A stretch of DNA of 64,000 nucleotides, taken from Takakia lepidozioides. Lineage: Eukaryota; Plantae; Bryophyta. The notes under the pieces were generated by a model. It searched no databases. It had not been told where the DNA came from and was given only the letters and a program-made list of their open reading frames with translations. Made by a program: the position numbers and the translations under genes. Below, in pieces: positions 1-13,263 of the stretch. The DNA lies in contig CM060731.1 of assembly GCA_030704615.1 (NCBI GenBank), positions 82,398,001 to 82,462,000 on the forward strand, in the 5' to 3' direction. Numbering within the stretch: position 1 is the first letter of the stretch; each line of letters starts with the position of its first letter.

Positions 1-2
1 GA

Positions 3-570
3 AAGTGCATGTTGTCAGTGGCAGAAGTGGCTGTGCAGGAAGAAGGGAATACCCTGGACATTGGAATATGGGAAGCACTTCCCACAGAGCTTGATGCTGT
101 TCTTGCACCTATATAGTCTCTCTTGAGAAATGCACAATATGTAAGAATCTTTTCCAGGAGGCTCATGCTGATGTCACCTCCTGGGGAAGTCTCTCCCCAG
201 AGCCCTAGGGTCATTTCAGGTTTTTGTCAATTGGCAGTAGATAGACATGCTCGACCTGAATTTGTGTCAAATAAGTGGGCGATGGATGCCACCAGTGGCG
301 TGCGTTCCTGCTACTGTGGTACATTCATTGGCAGGAGATGGGGTCTTATTTTTCTGCAGTGCGGAGGAAGATGGGACTGTGGGCCTGTGTGCAGGCATCC
401 TGCAGAAATGCAGTCCTGATAAGTCGGAGGCTGCATGCTTGACAATCAAGGAGCATGTCCTTGAATATTCTAAGTTCTCAGCAGCAGCAAAGATTGAGAC
501 TGCCCCCTATACCTACTGGCATACCACCCCATATGTCAAACATAATCACAGCATTTTTGCACTCTAGAGA
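3..570 (+). pseudogene. Possible degenerate F-box gene remnant
   Basis: Frame 3 reads LDIGIWEALPTEL, like the N-terminal F-box motif xDxxIWxxLPxEL. Further on, SGRW...SLAGDGVLFFC resembles the segment that follows plant F-box domains. Stops and frameshifts are present. Confidence 0.3.
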
Positions 571-3500
571 AAGATACCTACCCCCTCGTCTCTCAGCCCC
601 TTCCAACACAGACACTTCAGGTTGTGTTTGGGCTAAGTGATCTACTCCTTTGACTCCCTTGCATGTTTGTACCCAAGTGATACTTATTGGTTCATATTGG
701 AATGCTATGGCATGGAAGGGGACCTGCCATTCACCTCACACATCCTCACAGACCCACATCATATGATCGTTCAATCTCCCAGGTCAGTCATATAGTGCAT
801 TGTCACTATCTATCACTATGAGGTACGTTACCTTATCATGAGCTCATTTATAGAACCTAAGCTGTAAGCTCTATGATCAAGTTTCCTGGGAATCATATGT
901 GTGGTAGGTTTGCAATGACTCGATCGAGGTTCGTCTGAAAACTATTACAATACAATGCTGGTTGACAAAGCAGCAATCTGTATTACACAGAGCTATCTCC
1001 GGCTCTCTATCATGGTGCAGCAATTCATGAGAAACCATGAAGCATTCTGCCTACCTCTGTGGCAAACCTAAGATGGGAGTTTCCTGGATAGGTACACCAC
1101 CACCCACCCCGATCACCTCTATGGATATGGAGTCAATGCTGAGTCTGGGTCAAGAAATGTGACGGTGCCTTCCTTGAAAGCCGCTGATATAATCTTTTGA
1201 TCCAGTCAGGGACAGACAGATCATGGTCTTGTAAAGACAAGCCCTATCTCTCTCTCTCTCTCTGCCCAAGAACCCAAAGATGCAACCCCTCTTCGTGCAA
1301 AATTTGAGGTTTGTTCTGTCTTGTTCTTCTGCTTCCCATGGGCCTCTGGATGATGAATCAAGATTTCTGTCTTTTTTCCTCTCTATTCCATGTCACTGTC
1401 GTAGGCGCCAGCCGAGCTCGCTTTGCACCTCTCGGTTCCTCTCTTTCCTCCTTTTCAGGAAGATAAAAGAGGAAGGTCACTTCACCTTCTTCCGTCTATG
1501 TGCACCTCTAATTTCTCTCTCTCCGCGCCTCTGAAACACTCAAGTTCTTAACTACCAATAGAAGGGCACAAATGTCTTTTCTTCTCTCTCTCTCTCACAC
1601 ATACACACACGCACGCACCACTCACCAGATCCCTCACCCTCAATCCCTCATCCTAATAACTCCCTTGCAAACTGCAGACGTGCGGTTAACTGCTCGACCG
1701 GACGGTATCCGGTCCGCAGGACGGCACGACCGTTGGGCCTCGGACATACACGGAGGTTCGGACGGAGATGCGGCCTGTTTCCTGGCTCGTGGTGAAGGTG
1801 CTGGGCTTTAGGAGAGCTCATAGAAGACGTGTAGTTGGCACCTTGAGGGGGGAGTTCAGCTTCTGGAGCTGCCGATTGAGCAAGAATTATCACCGGGGAG
1901 CTTCAAGTGCTGTACAATGGGCAGGATTTGTTTTGCATGTGGGTTAGTTTCTCACAAACGGAGTTGATTGGGGAAGAGGAGAGGGAGAATGATGTGAGGG
2001 GTTTGAGTATTGAGTAGGCAGCCATGGATGCGGGATCTGCAGCAGCCCTTTATGCTGGGACAGTTTTGCTTAGAAAGACTTTCGAGGCAGTGGCGCAGCG
2101 CTCAGTCTCCTCACTCTTTACACGCCTGCATTCTCGCTTTCGAGGCCAGCATCAGGTGGCTCTTGTCCCTCTTCCGCTTTCAATTGGTGTTTCTTGCAGT
2201 TGCCTTTTTGCAAGTACTCTGAATCAGCTCTATCATGATTATATACGAAAGGGGATGGTGAGTAGTAGTCAATTTATCACTCTGCTCATCTACTTTGGAT
2301 ATATTCTTTAAGGATTTTATTAAATGTAGACTGACGTGATGCAGTTGGTGGTTGCAGCTTCAAGTTCTGCAGAAGGAGCTTGAGTCGCGGCTACAGGTGA
2401 GCGCTGGTCCTCAGCCTCTTGTCTGTCTAGCACTTTCTCTCTCTGCGGGGAGGAATAATCTGGTCTGACATGTGTCAGGCCACCAGGAGCATGGTGCGCA
2501 AGGGATGACGAATCTCCCCTTTCTGTCTTTCTATCTTTTTTTGCTCTTGTTTTGTTTCCTCTCTCTTGTTTTTTCCATTTTGTCCTATAAGCTATTTGAG
2601 CTTTCTGCGGACGTTATGAAGTACCACTTCATTTCATTTCATTTCCCTTCTGTTGTGCGCAGTGTCCAAGTGAACAGAATGAAATTCGACGGTTGGGTCT
2701 CATCTGCGTTTAATTTCGCCATTTTGTTCACATTCCCAGGATATATGTTGCTGGACACACAGGACTATTGTTGGGAGGCTTTTAAGGCGGGGTGAATTCT
2801 GAAGTGTTTTCATGCGTGGGTGGCAGGTACTGAGCCTGCCGGTTGATATGTGTGTGCAATATGTGCTGCACGGTAATACTGCCCTCCAGGTTTGTACCTT
2901 GGATCAACCACCCCTCTAATGTAATTAAGAAATTTGCCTTAGCAGCTTTCTTTATGTGGAGGAAGAACCCTCCTGATAACACAAAAGCCTAATGGATGCT
3001 AGAGGCAGCTCTTCCAAAGTGATGGTTGTAGGGATCAAGGGGCTAGCCAGTATCATCACGTCTTGGTTTGGTGTGGAGAACAGGGTGCCTTGGATATGGC
3101 CCTACGTGTGATCAACGACATCATTGGCTTTCAGGAAGAGCTGGAGGCACAGGCCTACAATGAGGTAGTGTCCTTAACAACTGACTCTCATGGTTTAAGT
3201 GTCATGGCCAGGAAACACCTTATGCATTGTTTCATACTGTAGCAAATTTCTCAAGTTTTGGACCTAAATTATAAGTGTGTGGGTTGAAATCAGAGTATTG
3301 TCAAGTTCTCACAGGCTGATGCTGCGGCACGGTTGCAGGGCTTTTTGTCACAGTATGAATCCTTACTTTCTGTGGAGTTTTTTTCTCTCTCTCTCTCCCT
3401 CTCACCCAGCATGTCTTTCTTCATTTCTTTCTCAAGTGTCCCATGGCCTTATTGACCTCCAGTGAACATAGTGAACTTGTTCTTTTTCTTGTAATGATAA

Positions 3501-3580
3501 TGCTTCTCCCGTGTCAAAATGATGCTTTGTAATGTCACCTTAGTTTGATCTCTGTAGCCTTGTGGCTATTGACTTTACTA

Positions 3581-3673
3581 GATGTCATTCTGAATAGTAC
3601 CCTGGTGGACATGTATGCTAAATGTGGGTGCATTGAGGATGCAAAGGGAGTGTTCAACCTAATGGCTGAACAC
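3581..3673 (+). pseudogene. Isolated PLS-class PPR motif fragment
   Basis: Translates to DVILNSTLVDMYAKCGCIEDAKGVFNLMAEH, the typical plant PPR motif (LVDMYAKCGxxxDAxxVF). There is no flanking ORF. Confidence 0.8.
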
Positions 3674-6600
3674 TCCCTTTGGAGTTACCCAGTCGCGAAA
3701 GGCAACAAAGGGTAACTCTTAGAAATGGTAAGAGGAAGGAACATGGACCACTAACTGTGGAGCTGGAGCTGATGTCGTCACTTTGGTGATATAAGATTCA
3801 CAAAAGCAAAGGCTCTGCCATCTTCAATTTGTGAGGAGGAGGTGATCATAATGATGCCTCCTGTCCCTTTAATGTTTGTAATGTTCACAGTGGATCGGGG
3901 GTGTAACTGAGGGTGTTTGTAACAGGTTGGATTCAATCTTGCCATATTTGTCCATGGCAGTCAATGCCGTGTCTCTTCTCAAGATATCTGATTCTAGTTT
4001 GTCACCTTCCCGGCTGATGGAGGCTAGTTACCTGGTAAGGTTGTCAACCAATGGGGCAGTACTGGTATGTTAGCGTATGATCTCTTGCACCTGCGAAAAT
4101 TGCCTAAGTTTTTGGAGACCCAGTTCATGATTTTCAAAAGTCTTAATGTGCTCTATGTCCCTTTTCCCTCGGAAAAAGACAGTTTTTTAATAGTTAAGTT
4201 GCCTGGAGAAGACACAATCTCACACGTAAGTTAATTATAGTAAAATCAGATGACTGACAAAGAAACTAATGTGGTGGTTCTTCTCTTTCACGTCTTTGTC
4301 TTCGTTTCTTCAAACTTTTTTTGAAACTGTTTTCTTTTCTAAATAAGGTGATCAAGTTTGTGTGAGGGCAGATCCGAAGTGCAGGTAGCAGACAGTCGAC
4401 TGTGATGAGCATTCAAGGAAAACTGTACAAATTTGAAACATGCCTCACACTGCCTCGCTGGCAAGAGAAGATGATGGCTTGCCAAATTGTGCTCCAGCAA
4501 TCAAATGCTGTGCCTGGGCTGGGAACCAGCGAGTTCAATCTCTTCATCACAAATGTAAAATGAAATTACTTCCGAGAGTCCTCTGGGTATATGGTTACTG
4601 GAGGTACTGTATGAGCTATGGGACTTAGATAAGGTTCACATAGATTCTGTTGAATGAGAGATTGATCAAGCACTAATCCAGTCTGTTTGTAGTGTTGCTG
4701 AGGATGGTTGAAGTGCTAAGTTAGTGATCTGATTTTTTTGGTACTATTTGTGCAACAGCTCAAGGCTGATGATTTGGACTCTCCCTCCATTATTTGCTTG
4801 CCAGTCGCAGATATTGCTGCTGTTGGTGCGTATCAGCTTTATCTATGACTTTCATGTTCCATCTAGACTAACTGTAAAGGAGGTGATGATTACCATGCTG
4901 ACCACACATACGATATCTGCGACCCTGCCACATCATTAGAAGTCAGGAGTGCCTGACGATCTTCCAACATTTCTCCATTCTTTTCAATTATATAGGGTGA
5001 AGGAAATCCCTGGGCATTTGTGAGGAGTGCAGTGGTGGTTTGTCTGAGCAATGGGCTTTCTTGGAAACATGTACAAGTCTGTCACTGCATCTCTTTTACT
5101 CAGTTTGATAGGCTCATGAAAATGTTGGAAGCTGTGGTTGTTGTTAGATAGTTCTTGGAAAGATTTGGATGACCTACATCACCTCCTGGTCAAAGGTAAA
5201 TCCAGTTACTAGAAGAAGCATTCACCTTTTGCTCTCTTTCCTGTCACCCTCTCCTTTCTTTCCCAGTTGTTAAGGACTTCTGCAATTCAGTGCCTACAAG
5301 TCTTCAGACAATTCTGTATTTGTGCCATCCTGTAACCTGACAAGTTTTTCATGTTAAAAGTCGAGGTGCACTATTCGGATGTTGATAGTGGCTATGGTTA
5401 ACCTGTGTTGCATGAACCAAATTAAAGGGACAGCTTGTTCTGCCTGTGGATACAGGCTCATCGACATTGCATGTCTTGGGTCTGGGGGAGCACGAGTTAG
5501 TGGCGGTGCTGTTAGTGGACTGCTTGCCCTCATCTACAACTGGAAGGGTGCCTGGTATTCCTTTCCGTTTTGGGGGACTTGGTCCATCAGTTACTTCAGC
5601 TCGTTAGGCATACTACTCTTTATTTATTCCTGACCATGCGTGTGCTCATTTTATCAACTTTTAAGCCTTGAAGTGTATGGTTCTTGAAGGAATAAAAGAA
5701 AACTTGCATGTAGGAGCTTCTTGCTGCTGTTTCTCATATATAGCTGACATTGTTTATGAAAAGTAGACATTCATAGTTTACAAGAGATATTTGTATAAGG
5801 ACCATATGGCTTGAGGTGTAGTATTCAGTTCCCGATTTGTTTGGGTGAGTGAAACTTTCAAGTACTTGCAAACCAATCTTTGACAGCAAATGCTGTAGAA
5901 ATCCAGAACCAAACAAAAATATGTAGTTCTGGTTTGGAATAATGTTTTATGTGAAGGCTTCAAGGGTAACATTTTGCAGCTATGTAAGCCTGTTTGCTGT
6001 GGAAGTACAAGGCAGCAATCACCATCAAGCATTTTTTAGGACAATTTGTCTTTCATTGCAGCAGGCACTCAAAGAGAGAGGATGCCCATGATGAGGTACA
6101 GATGATGGTTCATTCTATCGTTTGCTTGAGCCACTCTAGATCTCGATGAACTCTCCTGGTTTTTTTCCTGCAGATACTGGCATTGAAGGCCTGCCTGGTA
6201 CCCCTCTTCAGGTGCAATCCTGCCTGATTCAATCCCTCCAATTTTTCTATGTTCATGGTTTTCTTAAACCTTTTGACAGTAAGTGAGCTAGGTAACATGG
6301 GGGAATAACTGACTTCCTATTGTCATTGTTTGCAGGAAGCAGCTGGGAGGGTGGTTCACTATGCTTTTCAGGTAAGGATCGTCTTCCTCCATATGTTGTT
6401 GTCGTCTTCTGTATAACTTGGATATGTAGGGTGTGCAGGTGCCATATTACTGTTATGATAGTGTCAGAAGAGGCTTGAAAAAGGTACTGGAAGTGCTGAC
6501 AGAAAAATGGAGGGAGCATGAGTCTGGTGCTGGGTTTATTGAAAGGAGCTAATATAATATTAAAGGGACAACTGTCCCAGGTTGGGATGTCGTTTGTCAT

Positions 6601-9600
6601 GGTGTAGTATTACTTCCTCTGCCTGTGAAGTGATGGATGCCTACAAGCTTCACTCACTAGTCAGTCTTGGTTGTCCCGAGTTTGTGGAAACCTCCTTTAC
6701 ATGTTGTGGGATGACCAGTTATTGAAGGAACACTGTTGTGGTTGATTACAGTGTATTGAAGAGGATGTGGAAAGTGGGGCTGAGGAGTCAGATTCAGACA
6801 GCACTGGCGGCCATGAATACACAAGTGAGGGGGGCAGTCAACAAGAAGACTTGTGTGACAAGGAAGCTGTTTTGGAGTCAAGGATTTCCAAGTTGGGTGT
6901 CTTGGAGGTCAGTTGAATCAATTTACTGGGTCTGTCGGTCATTTTGCAGGGGATTGTCTGTTAGATTGGTTTTCTGGAGACGTCCGAGTCTCCTAGTGAA
7001 GGATTAGCCACTTCAAAAACCAAAAGTGCCTGCCTCTAGCCGAGGGTCCGGTACAATAATTTATGCGTGTCTTCCTGCAAACAGAATGACTTCAGCTTCA
7101 TGTTGATATATTGCAATATGAGTTTGGTGGGTCCTTTTGTTTCTGCAGTATGCCCTCAGGCTATGTATGTTGCAAGTGAGGGAAGAGAAGGAGCATTGGC
7201 TGATTCCTGACGAACGCATCCGAATGTTCTTTTTGGATCCAAGGTGGGCTACCCAAACTATGTTCTGCTTACCTCTGCTATATCTCTGCAAAGATGTGCA
7301 TTGAGTGTACTAGCTTGACTTGCATTCGTCCTCATGCTCATCATGCATGCTTTGCAGTGACGCCCATACTTTAGATGTGAGAGGTTTCGCGGAGAGGAAC
7401 CGCCAACCTTGATGGTACTTGTCAGCAATAATTGGGTCCACTGCCTGCCATAAAATGAGGAAAGTAATGGCTGACATAAACTTCCTGACTTGATTTTATG
7501 TATCCTTGAGGGCAGATACATGAGTGAGCCCGTGAGTCTCCAAAAATCTCCAGGCTCAAGTGGAAGCAGTGGGAATAGAACCCCTACACCAAGGAAATCA
7601 ACCCCTGCTGGTAGAAGATCCTTGAATAGCAGGACACCAGCTGGGCCAGTAGTGGCGTCTTCTCTTTCCACAATTTCAAGATCAAGTGTGGCTGAGTTGT
7701 TTTATGAGTTGAAGTTGGACAGCCCCAACACCACCAATTCCAATTAGGACAACTGTCAACAGTGACCCTAACAGGATGTCCGACAATTCAAGTGATTCTT
7801 CATTGTAGTCATATCTCTCTGGTCTGTAAAGAAGTTTTGTAGGTATAGATCATTCCCTATGTTGGTGTATTAAGATTTGAAGATACGTAATATACGTCTG
7901 TCAGCAATTGATGACATGTTACAGTAAGTGGAAGTCAAGGGCCAAAGTTAAGGTTGGCACATAGTGACAATCATCCCTATTGATATTGTGGTACTGATTC
8001 ATTCGTTTGAATTGCTCAAATTCAATGTATTGTGAATGTATTGTAATGTATGTTTGAAATGGTGGGATGATGACGATGATAATTTTAGCAGGCATTCATA
8101 CCAGATTTGTCGTCCACAAATATGGACATGATGGATAAAACCAGCGCTATTGAAATCAACATACGGTACTTTGCTACACTACCAAGACACCTTCATCTAC
8201 ATCATGGACAGAGTTAGTGTGTTAAATAGTGTCTGTACATGTCTGTAAGTGTTAGAAGTGGCTTCTCAATGCTTTTGCTGCAAAAGAAGGGTTGGGTTTG
8301 CAACAATGTGCTGGACAGGTAAACCAGGGAAATTTTCTGCTGCTGCCTTGTCCTATTGTATGTCAGCTTAACGATCCTGCACCTCATATAAAGCTCTCAT
8401 CATTGCCGTCTCCACTCAAAAAGGCCGGAGGTGGAGTCATTGTGTTGAATTAAAAGAGTGATCATAGTATCAACGGCAGTGAAAGAAGAAATATTCTTTG
8501 AACACTTTCAAGTTCCCTGTAGTTCCCAACGCAAGTGGGGCATAGTTCCCGTTACAGTTTTTTCCCACCTACCAGTCTCTATTCACAGACTTCCTCCCTG
8601 TCCTCTAGGAAGCCTGTGGACTTGATACAGGAGTACATTAATGTCTTTGTGACTAAACGCCGGCCTTATGTCCTAGTGTCTTTGTTTGTTTCGACCTGAA
8701 GCGCTTTGCTCCAGGTAAGGTAGTGCATTGGATTTAGTTGGAAAGTTTGGGGCCTTTCCCTCTTTAGAATATGCCTACACGGGCCATTCCCTGCAGCTCC
8801 TTTGGCGTGGTGATCTCTGAATGGTGAAGCGGACCCCTACCGCTTGGGGGCAGCCCCTCCGCCCAAATTGGGCAGTCGTATGCTCTGTCTAGCATACTCG
8901 GCACTTGGGCTAGGGTTGGTCCTAGCATGCGAATTCAATCATTACTTTACCTCTTACCAACAACAGCACTCCCCGGGGTGATTCCTGGGAATTGGATACT
9001 TATGCCAAATCTAGGGCTTCATGTGTAGTTTTTGGGGTGAATCCTAGGATGGACGATCTGTTCTTTAAAACTACATGCTCTAGCTTAGGCTTGGATTTCA
9101 TGGCTAATGGTTCCATCTCGAGACTTGATAACAGGGGGTACTTTGAAGGTTGCAATGCCCAAAAATGCTTCTAATATAGTCACATCAATTCAATCTCAAA
9201 GAAGTTCGTCCCTTGACTAGCTAGAGAGCGGTCTTAGACATAGGTGATTCATTGGGGCACTCTAGGAAGACAACCAAAGGCAGTGACTTCAACTGGAGAG
9301 TTTCTAATCGGTTTGATGCTATGGATGAGGTTGAATCCAAACAACCAGACGGACAATCTGCCCCTAACTATACGGAACCTGAATGTCCTGTATCTGAAGG
9401 ATTTGGTACTCTGAATGGTTTACCAATCCTCAAAGTTTACACAAGACGAGCAAAATCTATACATTGTGTAATTGTCCCCAAGCAGTCAGACGGATAATCG
9501 GTCCCTAAGTGTGCAGAGCCTGAAGAGGGCAACTACCGTGTAAGCAGAACCCGTGAGCACGGTCACGCTTTGCGTGGTAAACGTGAGCAGAATCCCTTAA

Positions 9601-9891
9601 GCGTGAGCAGATTAGTGAAGTGGAGCCTACAATTGAGGGGAAAAAGAGGGCCTATTGCCGTGGACGCAAACTTCACTGCATGGACGCAATCTCCTCTCCA
9701 GCCTCCATGACGACAATGTGGTACGAATGTGTGATGAAAAGCTGCCGGATGAATGAATATGTGATGAATGAAAAAAGGGAAGGGATGAACGTTGGATGAA
9801 TAAGGGGATGAAACATTGGCCTGATGAGTGAACCATGGATGACTGCAACAACATCTATCCTTATCGATCAGCATGTGCGCGGGAAACAGAC

Positions 9892-10311
9892 ATTAAGTTG
9901 TCGTCAACGCCAGCTTAATTCGCAGCCCCTGTCAGCACATGACAATTCTATCCATGAAAAAAAGAAATAACTCCCCAGGAAAAAACCTTACCCATAAGCA
10001 TTTTTGTGCAAGGAAGCAGGCATTAAGATGGCGTCAACGCAAGCTTAATTCCGAGCAGGGGCACATGACATTTCAACACAGGGAAAAAACCTTAGCGGTA
10101 AGCATGTGTTTGCAGGGGCTGGGGCTTAAGGTGTCGTCAACGCCATCTTAAATCCCAGCCCCTATTGGCACATGAGAGTTCAACCCAACAGAACAAATTA
10201 AAACAAAAACCCAAAAATGTATGTGTTGTTGAGTTTAAGTAAGTGTATTTTAATTTGGCAGAAGCTTAATTCCAGCCCAGAAGACCAGCCAGATTAAGGT
10301 GTCGTCATTCG

Positions 10312-10372
<61 letters not shown>

Positions 10373-10711
10373 CTGCTTTTTTGTTTTTCAATATCCTTCT
10401 GCTTAGAGGGGTGGAGATTAAGCTGGCATCAACGCCATCTTAATCCAAACCCCGACAGACCGACTGGTAGACAGATAGACATACAAGGTTCTTGAGTGGT
10501 TTCTGCTTTTTTGTTTGTCGATTTCTTTGTGCTTAGAGGGGTGGAGATTAAGTTGGCGTCAACGCCATCTTAATCCAGACCCAGACAGATAGGTACACAA
10601 ACAGACAGACAGACAGATACACAAACAGATGGCATGACTTCAGTGGTTGCTTCTTTTCTGTTTTTCAATTTCCTTGAGCTTAGAGGGGTATGGCGTCAAC
10701 GCTATCTTAAT
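9892..10711. repeat. Array of ~7 palindromes, consensus ATTAAGaTGGCGT-ca-ACGCCAtCTTAAT
   Basis: Core CGTCAACG or a variant at 9902, 10032, 10135, 10303 (partial), 10427, 10557 and 10694. Spacing is mostly 124-137 bp. Confidence 0.85.
10314..10369. repeat. (TA)n microsatellite
   Basis: Uninterrupted AT dinucleotide run. Confidence 0.97.
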
Positions 10712-10825
10712 CTAGACCCAGACATGTAGCCATTCAAACATATCATTGCAATGACTCTCTGTGATGTGGTCGAGCAAATTCACTCAGTGGAGATGGAACA
10801 CAGATGCAACTTAGGAAGGTCACAG

Positions 10826-11190
10826 AAAGGGGTGCGACCGATCATGGTCATTTTCATTAGTGGAGTCAATGTATGTGCCAACCTTGGATACCTGGGGAAG
10901 GGCAAGCAAATCCATGCTCATCTCATTCAAAAAGCAGGAATTGCATCGTACATCAGACAATATCATCTTTATTCCACTTATCTTTGCTTGCAGTCATGTG
11001 AGACTACTGATCATGGTGGAGGTTCTTGGCCGCCCGGGGATATTGGATGAGGTAGGCCATTTGATTGCCAAACTGCCAATGGACCCAGGCATATTGGTGT
11101 AAGGGGCCTTGCTTTGTGCCTACAGACTTCATGGCAAAGTGGGGTTAGCACAACGTTGTGCATAAAGCCTTTCTAGAAATGCATCCATAG
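10826..11190 (+). pseudogene. Captured PPR (PLS/E-domain) gene fragments inside the Pack-MULE
   Basis: GVRPIMVIFISGVNVCANLGYLGKGKQIHAHLIQ is L-motif-like. MVEVLGRPGILDEVGHLIAKLPMDPGILV*GALLCAYRLHGKVGLAQRCA is S2/E-motif-like. Confidence 0.8.
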
Positions 11191-12483
11191 GATGCCACAG
11201 CTTACGTGCACACTTCCCAAGTCATGATTCTTACTCAACACATCAACATTTCTGCCAACAAAAATCATTGTGTCCCATTGGTAGAAAAGCTGATGCGCCA
11301 AGAAGGAATCATCTTGTGAGATTGCTGCAGACGAAACCTGTTGACCATCGTACACGGAAAGCAGCATCGCCCCCTCTCTCCTCCAAAGCAACTTCTTTCA
11401 AGTCTTTTACCTTCCTTACGCGATAAGCAGACTGGAATCGACATTTTACATTCATCCATTCTACATTCATCCAGATTTTTATCATATCACATTCATCCAT
11501 TATTCACCACTCACCAATCTTATTGCCAAGCCTTAGTCACACTCCAGGAATACTAAGCTCCCATTTTTTGCAGTTACGCCCCGTGGCAATAGGGCTTCTA
11601 GGAGTTGACGCACCGCGGTAATAGGCCCAATCCTAACTAATTCCAAGGAACGTGAGCAGAATTCTGCTCACAGTATTTTCTGCTCACAGGTTCTGCTCAC
11701 GAAATAGCAATCCCCGAGCCTGAACGTCGTGTAACTGAAGGATTTGGTACTCTGAATGGTTTACCAATCCTCAAAGTTTATACAAGACGAGCAAAATCTA
11801 CACATGGGGTAATTGTCCCCCATTTGCAGAACGGTTGGTTGTCCAGGAGCAATCATAAGCGACCTAGGGCCAGGCCGCACTTGGGGGTTTAAAAAACAAA
11901 AGTGGTCCACTACACCCCTCTGCGCTCAAGGATGCGGGGGCATCGTCATCCCTTCCCCGCGCACAGCTCTCCTGGTTATTTTTCGGTTATTTTCGCCAGC
12001 CCGGGCACGTTTCAAGAAAAATTTAAGACGATGACATGGCTACGAAACGTGGCGACGATGACGTGACATTATAGCACCCTATTCTTGCTCTACGCTAAAT
12101 TAGCTTCCGACCTTCGATCGTCGCTAGATTTATTTGTTTAAGTATTGAAATGTAAGCACTATATATCTATACATCATCTATGAATCGTCCATCCTATGCG
12201 TAGGTTACTCATAAGCTTCTTGAATTCATGGGATACACATAAATGATCTATATAATACATGTAAGAAGGCCCCACCTCCGTAGTCAATGTACTCGCCCCG
12301 TTATACATGGTCTCCGTGTCACTCGCCATAATCACGCAGTTTGACACATCTATAAACTTCTCATGTCCAGATCAGAAACTAGATGGTTCTCACTCATCAA
12401 TGCTGGTACCTACCAAGGTCGAGCCCCTGACCACACTGTCCTTCACTGGCTACTTCCGTGTACTTGCCATCACTCACCCTGTA

Positions 12484-13208
12484 TGTCGCGACCCTTTGCC
12501 TTGAGGGGAGGGGGTCGGGACACGAGAGGGGCTGCCCCTGTGGTGGGGGCAGTGACAACAATAGATGCGGGGGCTGAAGCACCCTTGAGTGCCAAGGCAC
12601 TCAAGGAGGCGGAGGCGCTCACTAGGTGGAGCCCCGCACACCGGGTTGCGGTGGGGGTGGCTCCACAAGGGGGTGGTGGTAGCTTAGTGGGACTTAGTGG
12701 GGGTGGTATAGGACTCACCATGGGGCGGAGAGCTTGTGGTGGGAGTTGTGGGGAGTCTTGGGACTCATCACGGACCAATGGGGCCGTGGTGGGTGGGCCA
12801 AGACTCACCGCAACTAATCACCGGGAATCGAGGGTCTTCGTGGTGGTTCGCCATAAAATGGCATGGTTGTTTGTGAAACCCCCGCGGACAGTCACAGAAC
12901 TATATATAGGGAGTAGTAACCCCGAGAACGGTGCAAGCCCGTTGGTGACAAAAAACTAGTGAGTAAGCGAGCGAGCCGGAAAGCGACCAAGGAGTGGGGA
13001 GCTATTCCGGACTGCCATCTACCAAAGGGAATTTCCACTAGGCCCAAATTGGTGGAGGGTCTGTTGGGGGAATAAAGGGGGACCGTTATGTCCCGGTGAG
13101 CAGCCGAAGCTCCGAGTTGGCCCGGCGGCCAGTTTGGGAGTTAGGCGCACACGTCAAAGCGAGTAGCTATGACTTGAAGGGGAGCTTGCCGAAGTAAGGT
13201 GCGCGACA
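12484..13208 (+). repeat. 5' LTR of the truncated gypsy copy
   Basis: TG...CA ends, aligns with the LTRs at 30439 and 36686, and is followed by the tRNA-Met PBS. Confidence 0.93.
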
Positions 13209-13263
13209 TTTGGTATCAGAGCTTAGAGTTCAGTACACGATCGTCCTTGGGATCGGCCTCATC

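Larger units (their letters stand above)
9525..11715. mobile_element. Non-autonomous Mutator-like element (Pack-MULE) with 9-bp TSD GAGCCTGAA
   Basis: GAGCCTGAA at 9516-9524 and 11716-11724. Imperfect terminal inverted repeats GAGGGCAACTACCGTGTAAGCAGAACCCGTGAGCA / TGCTCACAGGTTCTGCTCACGAAATAGCAATCCCC. Subterminal GTGAGCAG/CTGCTCAC repeats. No transposase. A 9-bp TSD is typical of MULEs. Confidence 0.85.
9372..11820 (+). repeat. ~144-bp direct duplication split by the Pack-MULE (copies ~9372-9515 and ~11716-11820)
   Basis: ctgaaggatttggtactctgaatggtttaccaatcctcaaagttta(c/t)acaagacgagcaaaatcta occurs at ~9393 and ~11735. Removing the MULE leaves the two copies in tandem. Confidence 0.85.

Noticed and set aside
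1640-8100. Possible spliced host gene or lncRNA, and LINE ORF1-like remnants at ~6100-7000 and ~8640-9360
   Set aside because: Splice-like signals are present but I could not assemble a coherent reading frame or a recognisable domain.
12363-12959. ORFs within LTRs (also 30583-30903 and 36830-37162)
   Set aside because: GC-rich LTR sequence with frames not conserved between copies and no domain motifs.
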